Below, one piece after another: positions 37,907 to 43,045 of a DNA stretch of 43,045 nucleotides. Made by a program: the position numbers and the translations under genes. The stretch comes from ANME-2 cluster archaeon. Its GTDB lineage: Archaea; Halobacteriota; Methanosarcinia; Methanosarcinales; Methanocomedenaceae. Position 1 is the first letter of the stretch. Each line of letters begins with the position of its first letter. The notes beneath the pieces were generated by a model. It was not told the DNA's origin. It saw only the letters and a program-made list of their open reading frames with translations, and ran no database searches. The stretch is from contig JAMJFQ010000002.1 in NCBI GenBank assembly GCA_023544605.1, positions 1-43,045 on the forward strand. Direction: 5' to 3'.

Positions 37907-39220
37907 TTAAATGAATGTTCCTTCTACTTTTATTACGTCCAGTTCGGTAACTTTTGCTTCTACACCCAGACACCGGGTAAGGTTGGGTTCTGTACGGCCG
38001 TCGTCCCCTGATACCAGTTCTTTCACATACAGTCCGCCCTGGCAGCCCACCACAATGGTGGCGCTTAGACCGTCGGAAGACACATGTTCCAGTTCAATAG
38101 TATGTATCGAGCGCACCCGTTCAAGGTCAGCCCTGCGGTGGGATACCCTGGTAGGTGTTCTCTGGTTTATGGGAGTTCGGGCAAGTACGTCAATAGCTGA
38201 TATAAGCTTTTCTTCTGATACCTGACCTTTAAATGTCACTCTTAATCTATAAACTTTATCTGCTTTTGCCTGTTTGATGGTCTCTACTGCCCGGTGGGAT
38301 ACAAATTTCAGCCCCTCAACTTCTACTTTGCCCGCAGCATGACGGTTGATCCTATGCTGGAGCCTGGTAAGGTCAATGTGACGGCGTAGTGGTTCCTCGG
38401 CTTCCACGATAAAAGGCCTGCCGCTCCCCAGCATCAAGGCATCTATATCTTCCCGGCCCGCCCCATGAAATACCGTGTCCACAGAATGTGTGGCTTTCAG
38501 CACTTCGGGCCTGATAAGTTCATCCACTGATTCAGGGTACATGGCTCCCGTGAAATTACAGCGCTCACAGCCCTTACCACGACATTCACGGCAAGGCCAT
38601 CGGGTCTGGGGTATGCCACGCACCAGTTTGCGGTACCGGCCAAAGATATAGAGTGACCGTATTTCCCGTTCCACCGTTCCCTGGTCTATGTCCAGCAGTG
38701 CCGTTATGTGTGGGGTCTTAAGGTCGGCCTTTTTGCCGAGCCTGGCCTCTACACGCCTGCCCACTTCACGGTTCATCTCGGTCTTTAAGGGTTCTGACCA
38801 TCCTGTGCCTGATGCGGCCCATAGTATCTCCTCGTTCTCGATGAGCAGACCTGATGGACGGGTGCCAATAAGGAATGTATCGAATTCATAACCGTCAAGA
38901 GCATCGACCACCCTGTCAGCCCAGATATCGAGCTGTTCGAACAGCCCGTTGCATACCCAGCACTTATCAGGTGTACCATCCTGCTTCAGGCTCTTTTTAG
39001 CATGGACACTGCTGGGTGCTAGTACCTTTAGCATTGAATCGTCTGAGGTCTCGCTGCGTGTTCGGTCCGCTTCCATGGCAAGTACCAGTTTTACTGCTGC
39101 TCCACGCTGGTCGTTAGACAATCCTGTGGAGAGTTTGGCGAAAAGACGGCCCAGGCAGTGGTCGCAGATGGGGCCTTCATTTAAAATTGAGGATGCGGTC
39201 TCCAGTATGTTACCTGTCAT
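37907..39220 (-). CDS. pus10: tRNA pseudouridine(54/55) synthase Pus10
   Basis: N-terminal Zn ribbon CDHCLGR...CWVCNG, a THUMP-like middle region and a second CRECRGKGCERC cluster. 437 aa. Confidence 0.85.
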   Translation of the reverse strand: MTGNILETASSILNEGPICDHCLGRLFAKLSTGLSNDQRGAAVKLVLAMEADRTRSETSDDSMLKVLAPSSVHAKKSLKQDGTPDKCWVCNGLFEQLDIWADRVVDALDGYEFDTFLIGTRPSGLLIENEEILWAASGTGWSEPLKTEMNREVGRRVEARLGKKADLKTPHITALLDIDQGTVEREIRSLYIFGRYRKLVRGIPQTRWPCRECRGKGCERCNFTGAMYPESVDELIRPEVLKATHSVDTVFHGAGREDIDALMLGSGRPFIVEAEEPLRRHIDLTRLQHRINRHAAGKVEVEGLKFVSHRAVETIKQAKADKVYRLRVTFKGQVSEEKLISAIDVLARTPINQRTPTRVSHRRADLERVRSIHTIELEHVSSDGLSATIVVGCQGGLYVKELVSGDDGRTEPNLTRCLGVEAKVTELDVIKVEGTFI

Positions 39221-39334
39221 GCTACTCCGAAATATCTACCCTTGATGAGCATAAACCTATAATAATACGAACGGGATAACTGCCGTGCTGACCAACATAA
39301 CCGGGGGAAGCCTTAAACAGATTTCCATATGGAC

Positions 39335-40966
39335 CTAAACTTCGTAATCCTTCATTCCTGGAGCCTGTTTCGGCCCGTCACTGCCGCTTGCAGCGATCAT
39401 ATCATCAATGCGCAGTATCATGCTGGCCGCCTCGGATGCCGAATCAATAGCCTGGAGTTTCACTCTCAACGGCTCCACCACACCGGATGCTTTCATATCT
39501 TCTACCCTGTTCTCGAACACATTCAACCCGGCATTCTTCTCGCCCGTCTCATGCCTGCTCTTAAGTTCCACCAATTTATCAATGGAATCAAGACCACTGT
39601 TCTCTGCCAGGGTCTTGGGAATCACTTCCACGGCCTCTGCGAACTTGATGATGGCCAATTGTTCCCTGCCCTTCAATGTGGCAGCATATTCTTTTAACCG
39701 CAGTGAGAGCTCCACCTCAGGCGACCCTCCACCAGCTACAACCCTGCCGTCCTCAATGACCACACCGACCACACGCAGGGCATCGTTCATGGCCCGTGCA
39801 AGATTATCTACCACCTGTTCGGTACCACCGCGCAGGATTATGGACACGACCTTGGTATTGGGGCAGTCACGAATAAATATCATCTCGCCGTTGCCCACCA
39901 TTTTTTCTTCAACCACTCCGGCCGTACCCAATTCATTGGATGTGAGCTCGTCCAGGTTGGTAACAACCTTCCCGTTGGTGGATTCAGCAAGCAGTTTCAG
40001 GTCCTTTTTCTTGACCCTGTGAATAACAAATATACCGGCCTTGGCCAGATAGTGGCGTGCCAACTCATCCACGGCCTTCTGGCAGAACACTGCATTAGCA
40101 CCGCTATTGATCACTTTGTCCACAACATCCTTTATCATCCGCTCTTCCTGCTCAATGAAAGCCCGGCGCTGGGTAGTGCCTGTCAGGGATATCTCACTCT
40201 TGAATTCCATTGACCTCACATCAATGGGTGTGGCAAGAATAGCGATCTTTGCATTCTCCACCCTGGTAGGCATGCTCTGGTGGGTACGGGACCGATCAAT
40301 AATAAGCCCTTCAACGAGTTCAGTATCACCTACACTGCCTTCCACCCTGCGCTCCATCATTACATCCTTGATGTCCACGGTCTTCTTACCATTTGCATCG
40401 GTCTCGGCAATAGAGCGCACAGCCCTGACCACCAAAGGTGCAATAATATCCTTGGCAGATTCTGCACCTTTCCCTGTGAGAGCAGTACCTGCTATCTTGA
40501 TAAGGGTCTCCTCATCATCTTCAGACACCTGGAACGACATGCCCTCAAGGATACGGTGTGCCTCAATTGCTGCCATTCGATATCCGTTTGCGAGGATAGT
40601 GCTGTGTACGTTCATCTCCATTAGTTCTTCTGCCTTTTCCAGCAGTTCCCCTGTCAGTACGGCAGCGGTAGTGGTTCCGTCACCCACTTCGTCATCCTGG
40701 GTTTTAGCCACCTCCACCACCATCTTGGCTGCCGGATGTTTGATATCCATTTCTTCCAATATCGTGGCACCGTCGTTGGTGATGGTGACCTGGCCTGCAG
40801 AATTCACCAGCATCTTGTCCATGCCTTTGGGTCCCAGGGTAGTGCGTACCGCCGAAGCCACTACCTTTGCTGCCATGATATTGCCTTTCTGGGCTTCTCT
40901 ACCTGTAGTCCTTTGTGTCCCCTGTTTGAGGATTATTATGGGCTGACCGCCTAACTGTGCTGCCAT
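39335..40966 (-). CDS. ths: thermosome subunit (group II chaperonin)
   Basis: TLGPKGMDKML, GDGTTT and VAGGG motifs. 543 aa. AGGAG RBS upstream. Confidence 0.95.
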   Translation of the reverse strand: MAAQLGGQPIIILKQGTQRTTGREAQKGNIMAAKVVASAVRTTLGPKGMDKMLVNSAGQVTITNDGATILEEMDIKHPAAKMVVEVAKTQDDEVGDGTTTAAVLTGELLEKAEELMEMNVHSTILANGYRMAAIEAHRILEGMSFQVSEDDEETLIKIAGTALTGKGAESAKDIIAPLVVRAVRSIAETDANGKKTVDIKDVMMERRVEGSVGDTELVEGLIIDRSRTHQSMPTRVENAKIAILATPIDVRSMEFKSEISLTGTTQRRAFIEQEERMIKDVVDKVINSGANAVFCQKAVDELARHYLAKAGIFVIHRVKKKDLKLLAESTNGKVVTNLDELTSNELGTAGVVEEKMVGNGEMIFIRDCPNTKVVSIILRGGTEQVVDNLARAMNDALRVVGVVIEDGRVVAGGGSPEVELSLRLKEYAATLKGREQLAIIKFAEAVEVIPKTLAENSGLDSIDKLVELKSRHETGEKNAGLNVFENRVEDMKASGVVEPLRVKLQAIDSASEAASMILRIDDMIAASGSDGPKQAPGMKDYEV

Positions 40967-41050
40967 GTGATAGTCTCCTTTATGGAATAATGATCAATTT
41001 TAATTAACGAAGTACCGGATTTCGATTTTCGTATGTTTGAAGTTCTATAT

Positions 41051-41908
41051 TTAGGTTGTGGTACGTTCTATCTCAACATTATATACCTTTTCCGGATTTT
41101 CCTTATGGATCTTCCAGAAAACCTCTTCCCCCCATTCTTCCACCAGTGAAAGGGTCTTTCTGGGTATGGTCTTTGGACCAAGTACGGCACCAGGGCGCTG
41201 AAGGTCATCGATATAATCAGTTTCCATCATGAACCGATCCCCCTGGGTAAGTGCTTCCTCTATCATCCCTTTCCCTGCGAGCACCCCAGGCCATATACCA
41301 CAACGGGAAAAAACCGATATCATGGGTGGAGAGAAGTGTTTTACCACTTTTTCAGGGGAAAGTCCTGCTTTTTGTGCCATGTCTGCAATCTCCAGCATGC
41401 CCTCTGGTGTCGCGGTTTCGGTATGCAACTGCAAGGGACAGCCGGCCTTCCCGGCAAGCTCCATGGCATAGGCAAGTATCTCATTGGAGGCATCCCACAG
41501 GGCAGGTTCAACTTCATAATGGGGGCGGCCCGATTTCATACCCACAGCAAGGCCCTCTTCCACATATCCGGCAGCTATCTCAAGGCCTGAGTGCATAAGT
41601 TCGATGGTCCTCTCCAGCCCCACCCTGCCATACATCTTGGTAATAGCTGCCGGATGAACGCCCAGGACCGGAAAAGCTGTCACGCCGATAGTATGAACGG
41701 CCTGTGCCATCTCCAGGGTCTCCTTGAACACCTGGTGGAAATCTTCCGGTTTGTTTACCGTTATCCCAATGGTCCAGGAAGGCTTTGAGACTAAAAAAAT
41801 ATGGGTGCCACCTGCGCGCTTGAACGCTTTGGCGGCCTCTACACCCTGACAACGGTGGTCAAGGTGCATGTGGTGGTCGGTTATGGGAAACGTATAACTT
41901 GAATTCAC
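41051..41908 (-). CDS. TatD-related metal-dependent hydrolase (TIM barrel)
   Basis: [10 protein letters not shown]-terminal metal-binding motif and a later HTE motif. GTG start overlaps the tbp stop (GTGA). Confidence 0.8.
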   Translation of the reverse strand: MNSSYTFPITDHHMHLDHRCQGVEAAKAFKRAGGTHIFLVSKPSWTIGITVNKPEDFHQVFKETLEMAQAVHTIGVTAFPVLGVHPAAITKMYGRVGLERTIELMHSGLEIAAGYVEEGLAVGMKSGRPHYEVEPALWDASNEILAYAMELAGKAGCPLQLHTETATPEGMLEIADMAQKAGLSPEKVVKHFSPPMISVFSRCGIWPGVLAGKGMIEEALTQGDRFMMETDYIDDLQRPGAVLGPKTIPRKTLSLVEEWGEEVFWKIHKENPEKVYNVEIERTTT

Positions 41909-42471
41909 ATCAGACCCAGGCTGTCCAGTTCCTCAACTATCTTGTCAACTGCTGCGTGTGCATCTTCTGGTTTTTTCCCACCTGTGACCACGAGTTTACC
42001 TGAACCGAACAGGAGCATGACCACTTTTGGAACAGCGAGCCGGTAAACCAGTCCCGGGAATTGTTCGGGCTCATATTCTATGTTCTCAAGCCCCAGTCCT
42101 ATTGCGATGGCGTTAAGGTTGAGCACGGTACCCAGATCAGCAGAAGCTACAATGTTCTGTACTGTGATAACTGGATCGTCCATGACATCTATTCCCATAT
42201 CCGTCAGTTCCTTGAACACCTTTTTCAGGCCGTTGTCCACGTCAGCAATGCTCTTGGCGCCGGTACATACGATCTTACCACTTCCAAATATCAAAGCTGC
42301 AGTCTTGGGGTCCTTGGTCCGGTAAACTACTCCAGGGAAGCGCTCTTTATTATAGTCTGCACCATCAAGCTTCATAGTTATTTTGGGCAGGTCTAAAGTG
42401 GTACCAATAGCAGTTGAAGCTACCACATTTTCTATTTTAATAGTATCTTTTGGGTCATCAGTATTAGCCAT
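41905..42471 (-). CDS. tbp: TATA-box binding protein
   Basis: Two direct repeats (IENVVAS...FPGVVYR...[12 protein letters not shown] and VQNIVAS...FPGLVYR...[12 protein letters not shown]). ATG at 42471 is preferred over 42489 because of the position of the TATA-like box at 42504-42514. Confidence 0.9.
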   Translation of the reverse strand: MANTDDPKDTIKIENVVASTAIGTTLDLPKITMKLDGADYNKERFPGVVYRTKDPKTAALIFGSGKIVCTGAKSIADVDNGLKKVFKELTDMGIDVMDDPVITVQNIVASADLGTVLNLNAIAIGLGLENIEYEPEQFPGLVYRLAVPKVVMLLFGSGKLVVTGGKKPEDAHAAVDKIVEELDSLGLM

Positions 42472-42503
42472 GATAATCACAACCATCATATAGGGAATTT
42501 AAA

Positions 42504-42514
42504 CCTTTATATAG
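42504..42514 (-). promoter_or_regulatory. TATA-box-like element upstream of tbp (minus strand reads CTATATAAAGG)
   Basis: Read directly. An A/T-rich box ~35 nt upstream of ATG 42471, preceded by purine-rich BRE-like bases. Not experimentally supported. Confidence 0.45.
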
Positions 42515-42778
42515 TTTAAGTAATACAGGCAGTTGTTCAGTGATGATACGTCATCATTGCGGCTCATCTTTTCAGAGAAAAAAGACCGCAAACCTTACAG
42601 ATCTAAAGGCCAAAAACAAGGACAATACCGAGCATCTAACAACCTTTGCGATAAAATCCCCCTCAAGGAGATTCATCGCAAAGCTTGAAAAAATTTGCCT
42701 TGTCTATTTAACCTGATAATAGGTGGATCATAAACACGTCGTTTTTTGGGGCATTCATTTCAGTTCATATATTAAGCG

Positions 42779-42814
42779 TATGTGGCCATGTATTTACTAT
42801 TTGTAGCTAATTCT
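42779..42814 (+). repeat. 36-nt direct repeat, copy 1 (TATGTGGCCATGTATTTACTATTTGTAGCTAATTCT)
   Basis: Identical to 43007-43042. The two copies bracket MITE-like copy B. Confidence 0.8.
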
Positions 42815-42990
42815 GGCACTGTACCAAAAATCAGTTATTTTGTTGACACCGACTTAGGGTAAAATCTGTGTTAATCAGTGAAATCTGTGTCTGAAAAATA
42901 AATAGACACAGATTTCACAGATTCACACTGATTTGTAGTCGCATTTGCATCTGATATATTCGCTGTATAACTGGATTTTGGTATTGTGTC
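42815..42990. mobile_element. MITE-like non-autonomous element, copy B (~176 bp)
   Basis: Same termini as copy A (GGCACTGTACCAAAAATCAGTTAT ... ATAACTGGATTTTGGTATTGTGTC). Flanked by the 8-bp direct repeat CTAATTCT (42807-42814 and 42991-42998). Same orientation as copy A. Confidence 0.65.
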
Positions 42991-43006
42991 CTAATTCTTA
43001 CTATTT

Positions 43007-43042
43007 TATGTGGCCATGTATTTACTATTTGTAGCTAATTCT
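43007..43042 (+). repeat. 36-nt direct repeat, copy 2
   Basis: Identical to 42779-42814. The window ends 3 nt later, so the extent of any array is unknown. Confidence 0.8.
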
Positions 43043-43045
43043 TAC

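Noticed and set aside
39408-40946. Plus-strand ORFs of 204 and 279 aa (39408-40022 and 40107-40946)
   Set aside because: They are antisense to the thermosome gene, whose identity is unambiguous. Their products are Ser/Thr/Ile-rich low-complexity sequences.
42543-42716. 57-aa basic ORF (MIRHHCGSSFQRKK...) in the tbp-upstream intergenic region, below the track cutoff
   Set aside because: It has no RBS and no recognisable motif. It sits in a region with short palindromes (TGATGA-tacg-TCATCA and TTGCGAT...ATCGCAA) that look more like regulatory or structural DNA. I cannot support it as a gene, though it could be a relic of a mobile-element protein.
42779-43045. Possible CRISPR array (identical 36-nt repeats)
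   Set aside because: Only two copies are seen. The 192-bp sequence between them is the MITE-like element plus its TSD, and without it the repeats would be nearly contiguous (~8-10 nt apart). The repeat is AT-rich and internally repetitive, and no cas genes are present.

Overview
This is an archaeal chromosomal window. Gene content looks euryarchaeal and Methanosarcinales/ANME-like: SepCysS, thermosome, TBP, L21e, Rpo4/F, Pus10, archaeal phosphopantothenate synthetase, CobY-type cobamide genes, an intron-containing tRNA and a CXXXY-type CcmE. I call about 50 protein genes and 2 tRNAs. I saw no rRNA, no CRISPR array and no intact transposase or integrase.

Most of the window is core metabolism and information processing:
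- a late cobamide operon (cobD-cbiB-cobZ-like-cobS-cobY plus a small acidic ORF)
- hisH, a class I fbp and acs
- the mevalonate-entry trio HMG-CoA synthase / thiolase / DUF35
- argC-CBS-argJ and serA
- a conserved block on the minus strand: tbp-tatD, thermosome, pus10-rpl21e-rpoF-DUF655-ksgA-hemK-like

Parts worth a second look:
1. Two copies of a ~177-bp palindromic MITE-like element with terminal inverted repeats and 8-9 bp target-site duplications, one at each end of the window.
2. A ccmD-like / ccmE(CXXXY) / radical-SAM-SPASM / secreted rhodanese operon with no other ccm genes in view.
3. A translationally coupled four-gene operon of N-terminally anchored, pilin-like proteins with no ATPase or platform gene, followed directly by a DUF4258/DUF2283 toxin-antitoxin-like pair.
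4. A radical SAM gene coupled to a JAMM/MPN metalloprotease gene, divergent from an HTH regulator.
5. A SAMHD1-like HD phosphohydrolase with a long C-terminal extension.
6. An XPD/Rad3 helicase with a ~130-aa C-terminal tail.
7. A type I restriction HsdR C-terminal remnant abutting tRNA-Thr.
8. A degenerate VRR-NUC-like ORF start/stop-coupled to fbp.
9. Two paralogous small ORFs of unknown function.

All functional calls were made by eye from motifs and gene context. No database search, structure prediction or RNA-folding program was run.
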